Virus record (IMG/VR): IMGVR_UViG_3300045961_000282
Span: 62,001 to 126,000 of that record
Reading direction: 5' to 3' (one strand)
DNA length: 64,000 nt
In this document: piece after piece, positions 18,533 to 28,659 of the stretch
Position numbering within the stretch: position 1 is the first letter of the stretch
How the letters are laid out: the number at the start of each line of letters is the position of its first letter
The notes under the pieces: model-generated
Database searches by the model: none
The model's input: only the letters and a program-made list of their open reading frames with translations
What the model was told of the DNA's origin: nothing
Made by a program: the position numbers and the translations under genes

Positions 18533-21500
18533 GCGCGCCTCCGATGCCTGAACGCAACCTCACGGCTGACCTTGACCGCCAGTTCGCGCTCGCTCATCCC
18601 CGGCGCCGGGAAGATCTGGAACGTGTCGCCGCCACGAACCCCGCTGGCCATGAGCGCCTCGGACATCTTGCGCAGTTCGGCGAGCATCTCGACCTCGGTC
18701 TGGCTGCGCCCCTTGGAGTCCAGCGGGGTGACCCGCTCGTGCCGCCCGCCCTCGGCCAGCAGCGCGGGGACGCCACCGGGGGTCGCCTTCACGATGCCGC
18801 CCTTGGCCAGCCGCACGCCGCGGCGCGCCATCATCCTGCGGGCGTCGTCGAAGCCCAACTCGAAGTGCAGGTGAGGGCCGGTGGATCCACCCGTGTTGCC
18901 CGACAGGCCGATCCGCTGGCCGACGCGCACCTTGGTCCCCACGCCGACGAACCGCTTGCTCAGGTGGGCGTACAGGCTGCGCGTGTTGTCGTGGTGCAGG
19001 ATCGCAAGGTACTGACCGTAGGACTTGTTCCCCCTGTCGGCCGAGGTGATCACGCGCCCCGAGGAGACCGCCTGCACGACGATGCCCGTCGGCGATCCGA
19101 TGTCGTAGGCGAACCACGGGTTGTGCCCACTGCGCGTGTAGGAGGGGAACCGCCGCGCCAACGGGTAGGTCCATCCATCGGCAGGGCCCTTGTAGGGCTC
19201 CACGGGACCCCCTGCACCGGACGACTTGTCGGCATCCAAGCCCTTCTGCGCCTTGTCAGCGAACTGTCGCAGCAATTGCAGGTTGTTGCGGAAGTAGTTG
19301 GTGACAAGCCCAATCATTCCGTCCTTGTCGGGAATCAGGGACAGGCCATTGGAAATGAGCGTGTTCAGTGCGTGGAACGCACCCTTGATCAACAGGTCAT
19401 CGATGAAGTCGGGCTTGAGGCTGCCCACCCAGTCCGTGGCCTTGCCGAACCACTCCTTGGCCCCACCCTGTGGCGGCGGGCCGCCTCGGCGCCACTTATC
19501 CAACGAGTCCTTACCAACCTGCTTGACCATGTTGCGCGTCAGCACGTACTCGCCCGGCGTCAACCGGGCCAACACGTTGTCGGCCCTGTCGCCGCGGTTA
19601 GGTCCCTTGACCTCACCGCCCGTGGCGTACCCGGGGATCCGCTTCAGTTCCTTGAGGTCAACGAAGGGCAACTTGTTCAACGACGGGATGATGTACTCGT
19701 TGATCTTGTCGGTCACCCAGTTGCTGGCCCGCGCCGCGCCCGACTTCAATCCGTCCCACAGGCCCGACATTCCGTCAGCAAATCTCTGCGGCAAGCCCCT
19801 GACCCACGGGATCACCGTGTCCGTGAAGAACGTCTTGAGCGAAGTGAACCCACTGACCGCCTTGTCCTTCAAGGACCCGAACAGGTTCCCGATGTTCTCT
19901 GCCACCCTGCTCGGCAGTCCCTTGACCCACGGGATGAAGGATTCCCTGAGCCACGTACCGAGGGAGACCATCAGGCCCTTGGCCTTCTCGATGATCCAGC
20001 CCCAGATGTTGATTCCAAGGTTGAGGATCTTGCCCGGGAGTCCCACCAGCCATGGCACGAATGAACCCACGAACCAGTTGGCAAGTTTAGGAATCAGATC
20101 AACGGCCTTGTTGACGATCCACGCGAAGATATCGATTCCCAGCGACAGGATCTTGAACGGCAGCGTCAGGAACCATGGAATCAATTTTGTGACGAGCCAC
20201 TTGCCCAAGCCTGAAATCAGATCCCATGCCTTGCTGAGCACCCATCCGAAGATGTCAATCCCCAGACCGAGGATCTTTCCGGGGAGCCCGGTCACCCACG
20301 GGATGAAACTGGTCGTGAACCAGTCGGTGACGGCGGGAACGATGTCCTTGACCTTGTCGGTGATCCATCCCCAGAAGTTTCCACCACCCTCGCTGGCCTC
20401 CTTGGGCGCGCCCTTGATCCATGGGATGAACGTGCCGGACCACCACTGCTGGATTGCGGGGATGATGTTGGAGATCTTGTCGGTGATCCACCCCCAGATG
20501 TTTCCAGCCGCATCGGATATCTTCGAGGGAAGACCCTTGAACCAAGCCCCGACCTTCTTCCCGAACTCCACCAGTTTCGGCTGAACCTTCGGCCAGATGT
20601 TCTGGAAGAACAGAATGATGAGTCCAATTGGGTTCGACGCCATGAGCAACGTCTTCCAATTCGACTTGAACCAGTCAGCAACCTTCTGACCGAATTCTTC
20701 AAGTGGGGCCTTGATCTTGCCCCAGAGGTTGCTGAAGACCTCCTTGATCTTGTCCCACGCCGCCGAGAACGCGCCCGTGATCTTGCCCCACAACTTGGGC
20801 GCCTCGGTGCTGAAGTTCTTGAAGAAGTTGATGATCTGATCGATGCTGATGCCGAACATTCCCAGCACATCGATGACCATCCACACGGCGCCGATGACGG
20901 CACCAACTGGGCCGAGGATCGCGAGGAATCCCTTGCCGAGGGCCTTCAGGCCCAACTTTCCGGCCACCTTGCCGAAGCCGCCCCAGATCTTGCTCAGGCC
21001 AGAGCCAACCTTGCCGAACTTTCCGGCCTTCTTGGCGGCATCAGCCATGTCGTCGGCTGCGCCAGCGACGGCGCCCCCCTTGCCGACCTTGCCGCCGAGG
21101 CCACCACCAACACCGCCGCCCGTGGTGACCGTGTCGATGATGACCGGCCCCGCGGACTTGGCCCCCAGTTTCGCAGCAACAGCGGCGTCCCTGCCTTCAT
21201 CGAACGCGTCGACGGACATGCCGTTCAAGGCGCGGCCGAAGTCGCGCTTGATCTCCATGCCGACTTCGGTGCCGGTCGTCTCAGTGGCGGTCTTCAGTCC
21301 TCGCTCAACAGCGTTGCCCATCTCGGTGCCGATGGACCCGACTCCGTTGGTCGCCTTGTCGAGTTCGTTCTTGATCTCGGCACCGACCTCGGAACCTGTG
21401 GTCTCCGTGGCTGCCTTGAGCCCCTGTTCGAGGCTGTTGCCCATGTCGGAACCCACGTCGGTCAGGCCCGTGGCAGCCTGCCGGAGTTCGTTCTCGATCT

Positions 21501-24500
21501 CGGTGACCAGCGTCTTCGCGGCCATGTCGAACTCGGCTTGGGTGAAGGAGTTGGCGATGCCTGCGATCATCTGGTCGCCGACCTGCTTCTCCATCACCGT
21601 CGAGGGTGACTTGATCCCCAAGTAGTCCTTGATGGCCTTGACCATCACCGCGCCAGCCTGCTCGCTCACCTTGGCCAGTTCGGAGAACCTCTCCCGCAAC
21701 CCCTTCTCGATGCCCTGAGCAGTGCCATCGCCGATCGCCTCTGCTGCAAAGCGGGCCTTGGCCTCGGTCTCCTTGGCCTCCTGCTCCCACTGCCTGCGCA
21801 TCTTGACGCCGATGGAGTTGATATCTCGATCCAATTTGTTTGAATCGATTTCAGCATCAACTTCCATCTTGACTTTTTGCTTGGCTGTTTTCCCTGCAGC
21901 CTTGGCGCCCGCCTTCGTCCCGAATGATCCCTCATCGAACCAATACTGGTTCTGCGCCTGCTTGGACGCCTTGCGCCCGTCGAAGAACCCCTGAACCTTC
22001 TTGCCGAAGTCCTTGAGCGAGCCGACAAACCTGCTCATCTGATCCTTCGCGCCCTTGAGGGCGTCCGGGATCTTCTTGATGGAGTCCACGATCCCCATGG
22101 CCTTGCCCGCCACGGTGCCCATGACTCCGGTGACGAGACGGAAGGCGAGAAGTGCGCCAACCACCTTGCCGATGATGCCTAGCAGGCCGTCAAAGCGAGA
22201 AAGCCATTCAACAACATTCCCGAGAACTGTGACAACAGTGCCGATAATGTCAGCAAAAGTTTGAATGGTTCCAGTTTCAGTGAAGAACTTTGCGAACTTC
22301 GGAACGGCTTCAATGATTTTGACGATGGCATCCGAGATCTGGCCGAAGGAGTCCTGCGCCACGGACTCAAGGGTCGGGATGATCGCGGTGAACGCGTCTG
22401 CGATCTTGCCGATTCCGGGGTCCGCGCCGAGACGGAACAGCATCCCGCCGATGGCACCAAGCAGTTCCAACAGCGACATGGCGTTGTTGCCTGCGCCGTT
22501 GAAAGTATCCGTGAGTCCCTTCTGGACCTTCTTGTCGTTCATGCGGGACGACCAGATTCTGGTCATAATTTCGATGTTGTCGAGGAAGACGCGGGCTGCG
22601 GGAAGGGCGGCCTCGAAGATTCCGCCCAATCCCTTGCCGATGTTCTTGATGATCCGCCACAACTGCCCGGCGATGTCGTTGGCCGTGCGGAAGAAGTCGG
22701 CGAGTTGGCTGTTCTCGCCGCCCTGCGCCTGTCCGTCGATGAACTTCTTGAACGTCCCCGTCGCCTCACTGATCGACAGCGACCACTCCTCAGCCAGTGG
22801 AGCCGTGGCGGCGAAGATCTGGGACAGGGGTTGCACGAGATTCAGGGCAGCGGTGGCGAGGTTCTGCAGGATGACGGCGTTGCTGTCGAGTATGGTTTTC
22901 AGCGCCGTCAGCGTCTTGGGCGTCGTGAACGCATTGGACAGGTTGATCGCGAAGTCGCCGAGGATCGTCGAGGTGTTGACGAACGCATCCTCGATCAACT
23001 GCATGAACGTCGTGTCTTCGATCAGGTTCTCGATGGCCTCCTGCAGTTTCGGGAAGAAGACCGCCTGTCCCGCCTTCTTGATCCGCTCGAAGACCGGCAG
23101 CACCTCATCGACCCAGAACCGCACGAAGTCCTGTGCCGCCGGGTCGAGTTTGGCGAAGGCGTCGTTCATGTTGTTGACCGCGGTGTCGAACGCCTTGGCC
23201 GAGTCGCTCATGGCGTCGTCGGTGCCGTCAATGGCCTTCTGCATGTTCAACTGAGCCCGGGCGATGGCCAGTTCGACATCCTTGGCCGTACGCGGCACAT
23301 CCTCCATGGCGCGCTTCAGGTCACGCTGCGCATCCGATACCCGCTCGGTCGCGTCAGCGATCCCCTCCTGCGCGTCCCGCACCCGCTCCTGTGCATCGGT
23401 CAGCGCCTCGTAGGCATCGCTGGTCCGCTCGACGGCATCGGCGTAGGCCTGCTGGGCGTTGAGGACCTCCTGATTCCCATCGACCCCCTCGGAGATCGCC
23501 TTGTTCGCCTCGTTGCGCAGGTCGCCGTTGCGCTCCTGCACCTCGCGCATGGTCTGCAGTTGCTCGCGATAGGCGAGGTCGGCCTCGTAGATGGCCTGCG
23601 CGTTGCCGCCTGCGCGGGCCTGCGCCAGTTTCTGCTCGGCCTTCTTGAGGTTGAGCGCCGCCCGCTCCTCGGTCAGGCTGGCCCGGTCCAGCGACATCCG
23701 CAGGTCTTCGATGCGCTCCTGCGCGCGCAGGCGGGCGTCGTTGATCGAGTTGAGCGCCTTCTCCTCGTCGGCGATCGCGCGCGTCACTCCGCGCTCAGCG
23801 TCGGAGACTCCCTCGATGGCGTCGCGCAGGCCCTCCTCGGCGTCGGACACACCCTCGATGGCATCCTCGAGACTCTCGTGCGCATCGTTGACCCGCTCGA
23901 CAGCATCTTGGTTCTTGCGCGCCCCCTCGATGATCGCGTCGTTGAGGGCGTCGCGCGCCTCGCGGATGCGCATCAGTCGCTCGGCCTCATCGGCCTGCGC
24001 CTTCTTCGTGGTGTCAGCAGAGGACTTCGTTGCCTTGGCGGCGGCGCTCTGCATCTTGGTGTACGAACTGATCGCCTCGCCCACGCCGCCGAACAGTTTC
24101 GTGGCGACGATCCCCGCCTGCCCAAGGGCCATCAGCACGTTGCCGAACTTCAGTGCTGCAGGAGCGGCGTAGACGAAGGCTGACCCCAGCATGACCACGG
24201 CTGATGCCAACGAGGAGACCGCGCCGATCACGCCCGTGATGACGCCCTGCATCACGTTCAACTGCACGATGTTCTGCAGCAGGCCGGTGATCAGGTTCTC
24301 GAACGGCGCGGGCGTGCGCTTGCTCATCCAACTGTCGAACGAGTTGCGGAACCCGAGGCCGTAGCGGTTCCCGCCGTCGCCGCCCGCGCCGCCGTAGTCG
24401 ATCCTGTTGCGCAGGGCGTCACTGACGCTGTCGGCCACTGACGACCCGAGGGTTCCGCCGCCGCCCGACGTCGACGCGCTCTGGATCTGGCGCTGCATCG

Positions 24501-24867
24501 CCCCCGCGAAATCGAGGTTGGACTCGAACCCCCGGCTGGCGTCGTCGGCGATCTGTCGCCCCATGCTGTCGCCATCGATGGCATCGGGCAGGAAATCGAG
24601 ATGGGCAACAGCCCTCTGCATGAACCCGTTGCCGAAGGCGTCGCCCGCCAGTTCCCCGGCAGCCTCGAAGTCCCGGGACATGTCGACCAACATGTCGGGC
24701 AGGTCGCCCAGACTGGCCGAGACCTGCTCGCGGATGCCCCGCCCGATCCGGTCGCCGATCTCCTGCCCGATGTTGCCGACGTCGATGCGGCCGAACTGGC
24801 GCTCGATGTCCTTGGCCAGTTGACTGACGTCGCCTAGAATTTTGACAGTCGCTGTTCCTACGAGCAT
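18529..24867 (-). CDS. Tape measure protein with a C-terminal M23 peptidase domain
   Basis: About 2112 aa from MLVGTATV. Long helical and coiled-coil regions, Trp-periodic repeats, YATGG and LAKGG motifs flanking YAHLS...GNTGGSTGPHLHFE (M23 HxH). Confidence 0.92.
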   Translation of the reverse strand: MLVGTATVKILGDVSQLAKDIERQFGRIDVGNIGQEIGDRIGRGIREQVSASLGDLPDMLVDMSRDFEAAGELAGDAFGNGFMQRAVAHLDFLPDAIDGDSMGRQIADDASRGFESNLDFAGAMQRQIQSASTSGGGGTLGSSVADSVSDALRNRIDYGGAGGDGGNRYGLGFRNSFDSWMSKRTPAPFENLITGLLQNIVQLNVMQGVITGVIGAVSSLASAVVMLGSAFVYAAPAALKFGNVLMALGQAGIVATKLFGGVGEAISSYTKMQSAAAKATKSSADTTKKAQADEAERLMRIREARDALNDAIIEGARKNQDAVERVNDAHESLEDAIEGVSDAEEGLRDAIEGVSDAERGVTRAIADEEKALNSINDARLRAQERIEDLRMSLDRASLTEERAALNLKKAEQKLAQARAGGNAQAIYEADLAYREQLQTMREVQERNGDLRNEANKAISEGVDGNQEVLNAQQAYADAVERTSDAYEALTDAQERVRDAQEGIADATERVSDAQRDLKRAMEDVPRTAKDVELAIARAQLNMQKAIDGTDDAMSDSAKAFDTAVNNMNDAFAKLDPAAQDFVRFWVDEVLPVFERIKKAGQAVFFPKLQEAIENLIEDTTFMQLIEDAFVNTSTILGDFAINLSNAFTTPKTLTALKTILDSNAVILQNLATAALNLVQPLSQIFAATAPLAEEWSLSISEATGTFKKFIDGQAQGGENSQLADFFRTANDIAGQLWRIIKNIGKGLGGIFEAALPAARVFLDNIEIMTRIWSSRMNDKKVQKGLTDTFNGAGNNAMSLLELLGAIGGMLFRLGADPGIGKIADAFTAIIPTLESVAQDSFGQISDAIVKIIEAVPKFAKFFTETGTIQTFADIIGTVVTVLGNVVEWLSRFDGLLGIIGKVVGALLAFRLVTGVMGTVAGKAMGIVDSIKKIPDALKGAKDQMSRFVGSLKDFGKKVQGFFDGRKASKQAQNQYWFDEGSFGTKAGAKAAGKTAKQKVKMEVDAEIDSNKLDRDINSIGVKMRRQWEQEAKETEAKARFAAEAIGDGTAQGIEKGLRERFSELAKVSEQAGAVMVKAIKDYLGIKSPSTVMEKQVGDQMIAGIANSFTQAEFDMAAKTLVTEIENELRQAATGLTDVGSDMGNSLEQGLKAATETTGSEVGAEIKNELDKATNGVGSIGTEMGNAVERGLKTATETTGTEVGMEIKRDFGRALNGMSVDAFDEGRDAAVAAKLGAKSAGPVIIDTVTTGGGVGGGLGGKVGKGGAVAGAADDMADAAKKAGKFGKVGSGLSKIWGGFGKVAGKLGLKALGKGFLAILGPVGAVIGAVWMVIDVLGMFGISIDQIINFFKNFSTEAPKLWGKITGAFSAAWDKIKEVFSNLWGKIKAPLEEFGQKVADWFKSNWKTLLMASNPIGLIILFFQNIWPKVQPKLVEFGKKVGAWFKGLPSKISDAAGNIWGWITDKISNIIPAIQQWWSGTFIPWIKGAPKEASEGGGNFWGWITDKVKDIVPAVTDWFTTSFIPWVTGLPGKILGLGIDIFGWVLSKAWDLISGLGKWLVTKLIPWFLTLPFKILSLGIDIFAWIVNKAVDLIPKLANWFVGSFVPWLVGLPGKILNLGINIWGWIIEKAKGLMVSLGTWLRESFIPWVKGLPSRVAENIGNLFGSLKDKAVSGFTSLKTFFTDTVIPWVRGLPQRFADGMSGLWDGLKSGAARASNWVTDKINEYIIPSLNKLPFVDLKELKRIPGYATGGEVKGPNRGDRADNVLARLTPGEYVLTRNMVKQVGKDSLDKWRRGGPPPQGGAKEWFGKATDWVGSLKPDFIDDLLIKGAFHALNTLISNGLSLIPDKDGMIGLVTNYFRNNLQLLRQFADKAQKGLDADKSSGAGGPVEPYKGPADGWTYPLARRFPSYTRSGHNPWFAYDIGSPTGIVVQAVSSGRVITSADRGNKSYGQYLAILHHDNTRSLYAHLSKRFVGVGTKVRVGQRIGLSGNTGGSTGPHLHFELGFDDARRMMARRGVRLAKGGIVKATPGGVPALLAEGGRHERVTPLDSKGRSQTEVEMLAELRKMSEALMASGVRGGDTFQIFPAPGMSERELAVKVSREVAFRHRRRA

Positions 24868-24874
24868 CGCTACA

Positions 24875-25333
24875 TCACCCCATCGGGCCGTCGAGCATCG
24901 GGAACGGGCGGGACCCACTCTGCGGCTTGGTCGGCGGGATGTACCCGGCAACAGGCTTCGTCGGGTCGCGGCTCACGTCACCGAGCGCCATGACGTCGCT
25001 GGCCACGGGGCCCTCGACGCGCTTGGGCTCGGGAATGCTACCGTCGCCGTAGACGAACTCCCACTCGGGCGAATGTCCTGACGGGGTGCCGTACGAGGAG
25101 CCGCTCGAAGTGGGTGTCTGGGCGATGATGTTGACCTCGTGGCGCATCGTCATCATCGCCTCGTACACCTCCTTCTCGACCAGCGCCTCCTCGACAATCC
25201 GCTGTTGAATCGCGTTCAGGGCGCGATCGGCTGGGAGAGTCCGGAGGTCTACTCCTCTTCCGATGAAGTGTCCGTCGACGTACGGCCACCATTCGATCGC
25301 CCACTGGCAGAGCGCGACCGCGCCTTGGTAGGG
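24875..25333 (-). CDS. Tail assembly chaperone, frameshifted C-terminal part (GT-like)
   Basis: The -1 frame relative to the upstream chaperone reads ...PYQGAVALCQWAIEWWPYVDG... up to the tape measure. No convincing independent start. Confidence 0.65.
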   Translation of the reverse strand, partial: PYQGAVALCQWAIEWWPYVDGHFIGRGVDLRTLPADRALNAIQQRIVEEALVEKEVYEAMMTMRHEVNIIAQTPTSSGSSYGTPSGHSPEWEFVYGDGSIPEPKRVEGPVASDVMALGDVSRDPTKPVAGYIPPTKPQSGSRPFPMLDGPMG

Positions 25334-25656
25334 CGGGTGGTGTACTGCTCCACCAGCCATCCTGCGATCTCCCCCAAGGTCTCGACGTCGACGATCTGAT
25401 CGGGGTCCTTGATCATCGCGTCGAACCGGATGGCGTCGTCCTCTTCCAGCGCGGTGTTCAGGAACTCCACGATCGCCTCGGCGGCGGCACCGCCCGAGTT
25501 GCTGTCCGCGCGGCGCACGAAGTCCAGAAGGGCTGCGCCGGACATCGCCTGTCGGCAAGAGAACTCCTCGCCATTGAGAGCGAAGCCGAGCGGGGGGAAC
25601 TCGTCAATCGCGGTGGTCTTGCCGAAATCCTTGAAACGGGCATCCTTTGTCGCCAT
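25249..25656 (-). CDS. Tail assembly chaperone (G-like)
   Basis: MATKDARFKDFG...FALNGEEFSC...WLVEQYTTRPT, in the canonical position before the tape measure. Confidence 0.8.
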   Translation of the reverse strand: MATKDARFKDFGKTTAIDEFPPLGFALNGEEFSCRQAMSGAALLDFVRRADSNSGGAAAEAIVEFLNTALEEDDAIRFDAMIKDPDQIVDVETLGEIAGWLVEQYTTRPTKARSRSASGRSNGGRTSTDTSSEEE

Positions 25657-25811
25657 GTCATTCCTCACTCGTGTCGGCGCAGTCCGGGTCGGCTGTCGAG
25701 GGCCGAGCGGTTGCTGCTGTGCGTCTCTGCATCGTTCCCGTGAACCATACGGGCAGGGTCATTCAATCACAGCGCCGCTGCACCGACCCGCGATTTCCGC
25801 CGGGCGAGAGT

Positions 25812-26219
25812 TCACGCGGCCTTGAACTTGATGACCACGGTCAAAGCATTCAAGAGATACCGATTTGCTTTGGTGCCGGGGTGATGCACGACGGTCGTGA
25901 CGACCATCCGCCCGCGCGACTTGAACCGCATCACCGACCCCGGCCGCGCATGGATCGCATGCGGTCGGGTGCCCTCGTGGTGCATGTAGGCGTAGGACAG
26001 TTTCGACCCGACCTCGACCTCCAGTCCGCGGGGGTGGCTGGTCACCCGCCCGACTTGGATGCTGCGCGCCAGTTTGCCGGTGCGCTTGCCCACCAGAACT
26101 CGGGCGTCGGCCTGCACCATCTTGCCCAGCACCTTGAGGTGCCGCCCGGTCATCCCGCCGGGGGTCCAGAACGTCCGAACGAAGTTGCTGTTCGGGGTGA
26201 ACGTGACCCCGCCCGCCAT
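25812..26219 (-). CDS. HK97 gp10-like tail completion / neck protein
   Basis: RTGKLARSI...VGSKLSYAYMHHEGTRPH...VHHPGTKANRYL. Confidence 0.75.
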   Translation of the reverse strand: MAGGVTFTPNSNFVRTFWTPGGMTGRHLKVLGKMVQADARVLVGKRTGKLARSIQVGRVTSHPRGLEVEVGSKLSYAYMHHEGTRPHAIHARPGSVMRFKSRGRMVVTTVVHHPGTKANRYLLNALTVVIKFKAA

Positions 26220-26716
26220 CAGGGCACCGCAGCCTGAATCGACAGCACGATGCCCACGAAGCCGCCGCTCGGCTCGCCCACGGCCACCGAGGTGATGATC
26301 CCGTAGTTCGGACCCAGCGGGTCACTGTCCATCGCGTTGGCCGCCTGCATCAGCAGCCACGCGTCGCGCATCAGCGACGTGCCGCTGGCGGTCAGCGTCT
26401 CGGCCTCCGGCGGCTTCATCCCGCGGCCTGTGGGAGTCGGGAAGCAGCGCACCAGATGCACCTCGAACGTCGCGGTGATCGGTGCGTGGCAGTTGCTGGG
26501 CTCCTCGCCCGCGCCGGGCGCGCCGTTCTCCAGCCCGCCGAATGTCAGGACCAGTTCCTCGCAGTCATGAACCGGCTCGCCCACCGTCATCAGCCGCCGC
26601 GAGGGCAGGTCGACCCCGGCTGTCTGGAACGTCAGGACCACTGTGTCGAGGATGTAGTCGGCGAAGCGCTCCAGCCGGTCGGCTTGGAACGTCCACGTCA
26701 ACGCCGGGCTGGTCAT
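26219..26716 (-). CDS. Tail terminator-like protein
   Basis: 165 aa in the neck block. VHLVRCFP and GEPSGGFVG motifs. Confidence 0.6.
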   Translation of the reverse strand: MTSPALTWTFQADRLERFADYILDTVVLTFQTAGVDLPSRRLMTVGEPVHDCEELVLTFGGLENGAPGAGEEPSNCHAPITATFEVHLVRCFPTPTGRGMKPPEAETLTASGTSLMRDAWLLMQAANAMDSDPLGPNYGIITSVAVGEPSGGFVGIVLSIQAAVP

Positions 26717-27084
26717 CAGTCCACCTGCAGGCGCTCTCGGATCATCGCCAGCGGGTCGACCTCCTCGGCCACCGCGACGACCTCGGTGCTGGTCGGCTCT
26801 GCGACGACGGGCGCCTCGACGACCTCAGGGGTGCTGTACTTCTTGATCACCGTCGTGAGGTTGGCCACCAGCGACACCCGCGGGCGGGACTCGGCCTGCT
26901 CCTTGGCGAGGTACCGCGCGGCGCGGTCAGGGTCCTCGCCGACCCACGTCATTACCTGAACCGCGGTGCCGATGGGCAGCCCGTCGCGGTCAGTCTCGAT
27001 GATCTGGTCCCCGCGGCGGGCCTTCGGCGCGGCCGGGGCGCGGTGCGAGTGCGGCAGGTAGGGGTTCTGGTAGTGAGCGGTCAC
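26716..27084 (-). CDS. Hypothetical virion-associated protein
   Basis: GTGA-coupled. GTAVQVMTWVGEDPDRAARYLAKE...RPRVSLV helical motif. Confidence 0.6.
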   Translation of the reverse strand: MTAHYQNPYLPHSHRAPAAPKARRGDQIIETDRDGLPIGTAVQVMTWVGEDPDRAARYLAKEQAESRPRVSLVANLTTVIKKYSTPEVVEAPVVAEPTSTEVVAVAEEVDPLAMIRERLQVD

Positions 27085-27281
27085 TGTGTCTCCTGACGGA
27101 TCGAGTCCCATGTGTCGGCGGGAACGTGGATGTCGATGGCCCACGTGTCGGGGTTGGTGGATTTCAGCAGAACCATATCCGCCTCGAGGCGGACCACCCG
27201 TTCCTGCAGTTCCACCAGCGTGTTCAGCAGCGCTTCGACGGTCGGATTTGAGGCAAGGCTCACCCAGTCCTGTCGCATCAT
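27081..27281 (-). CDS. Small coiled-coil hypothetical protein
   Basis: MMRQDW start after GGAAGGA; fills the gap in the operon. Confidence 0.55.
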   Translation of the reverse strand: MMRQDWVSLASNPTVEALLNTLVELQERVVRLEADMVLLKSTNPDTWAIDIHVPADTWDSIRQETQ

Positions 27282-27300
27282 CGTTCCTTCCGCAGTGTTG

Positions 27301-28659
27301 CTAGCCTGAAACAACGACCCAGTGTGGCCCCATGGATGGGACCTCCACCGTCACTCGTGCAAGGTTCTCGTCGACGCAGGTCACCGAAGTGATGACACGG
27401 TCTCCAGATTCCTCGTCATGGACAGCGACTGAAACCCAGCGCTGCCCGAGGTTGTGCCAGATATCGAATGGGCCAGAGCCGAAGACGTGCTCGCGATACA
27501 CGCGGGCTGGGGCCGTCTCGCTAGGCACCTGAACCCACGTGTTCGGATCCACGTCAGGATGCCACTGGGGCTGTGTCCCGATCTTGTCGACCGCCCAGAA
27601 CTTCGCCTTGTTCGCCGCGCCATCCTCGACGTAGACCCGCACGCCGGGGCGAAGGCTGTTGACCTCGCTGGTGTCAGGGGAGCGCTCGAAACCCGTCGCG
27701 GTGTGGACGTAGATGCCGTTCTGGATCGGGTTGCTCTGGTCCTTGATCAGGACCCGGCCACCCTCAGGGATAAGGGTGCCATCGATATACACATCACCGA
27801 CGGCGCCGAGATCCACCTCCTCGACCGAGGCGGCCACCACGGGCGCATAGCGGTACGCGCCGAGTAGGACGTTCTGCACGATCTGCGCAACCCACTCCGG
27901 ATCGACGTTGACCGCGCTGTTGACGATGACCCCATTGCCAGCAACGACATCAAGGGTCCGCCCAGTGCGCCCCCCGAGGCGTTCGGAGAGGCCGTTTCCG
28001 GCCTTGGTGAACAACTTGATGTAACTCGGGTCAACGGTGACCTTGCCGCCCTCAAGGACGATCCCGTCGCCCGGGTCGACCGACAGGGTGTCCTCGTCCT
28101 TGGTTAGGCCGTCGCCTGCAATGACGTTCGCCGACTGGTCGCCCAGTTCCTCGGCAACCGTGGCCATGTCGACGACCAGCGTCCGATGGTCGACGTTGTC
28201 GAGTTTCAGGCCACGGCCGAACTGCACCGAGATCGTCTGGTCGGGCGAATCGATCGGAGTGATGGCGATGCCGCCGCCCGCGACGAACGCGCTGCCGCCG
28301 ACGCTCTCACCGGGAGGACCCTGAGGCCCCGGAGGGCCATCGGGTCCCGCGGGTCCCTGTGGGCCGGGGGGGCCTTCCGGCCCCTGTTGGCCCTCCGGTC
28401 CGGGCGGGCCGGACAGGGGGCCGAGGTCCACCCACTCGCTTCCGGTCCATACCCACAGGTGCGAGTCGCTGTCGGAGATCAGCGCATCGCCGGGCTCGGT
28501 GCCGGGCTCGGTCGGCGGGCCGCTGGGGATGTGACCGATGATCCTGATGTTGAGGTTGATCGCCGGAATCGACGTGGTGTCGAACCAGAAATCGTCAGGG
28601 TCAGCCCCTACGGGCGGGGTGTCGCTGACCCAAATGTCAACATCAGGGATCTTGGTCAT
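27301..28659 (-). CDS. Collagen-containing head/neck fibre protein
   Basis: ATGA-coupled [10 protein letters not shown]. Gly-X-Y, AGxG(L/I) repeats, [19 protein letters not shown] domain, C-terminal HNLG domain. Confidence 0.75.
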   Translation of the reverse strand: MTKIPDVDIWVSDTPPVGADPDDFWFDTTSIPAINLNIRIIGHIPSGPPTEPGTEPGDALISDSDSHLWVWTGSEWVDLGPLSGPPGPEGQQGPEGPPGPQGPAGPDGPPGPQGPPGESVGGSAFVAGGGIAITPIDSPDQTISVQFGRGLKLDNVDHRTLVVDMATVAEELGDQSANVIAGDGLTKDEDTLSVDPGDGIVLEGGKVTVDPSYIKLFTKAGNGLSERLGGRTGRTLDVVAGNGVIVNSAVNVDPEWVAQIVQNVLLGAYRYAPVVAASVEEVDLGAVGDVYIDGTLIPEGGRVLIKDQSNPIQNGIYVHTATGFERSPDTSEVNSLRPGVRVYVEDGAANKAKFWAVDKIGTQPQWHPDVDPNTWVQVPSETAPARVYREHVFGSGPFDIWHNLGQRWVSVAVHDEESGDRVITSVTCVDENLARVTVEVPSMGPHWVVVSG

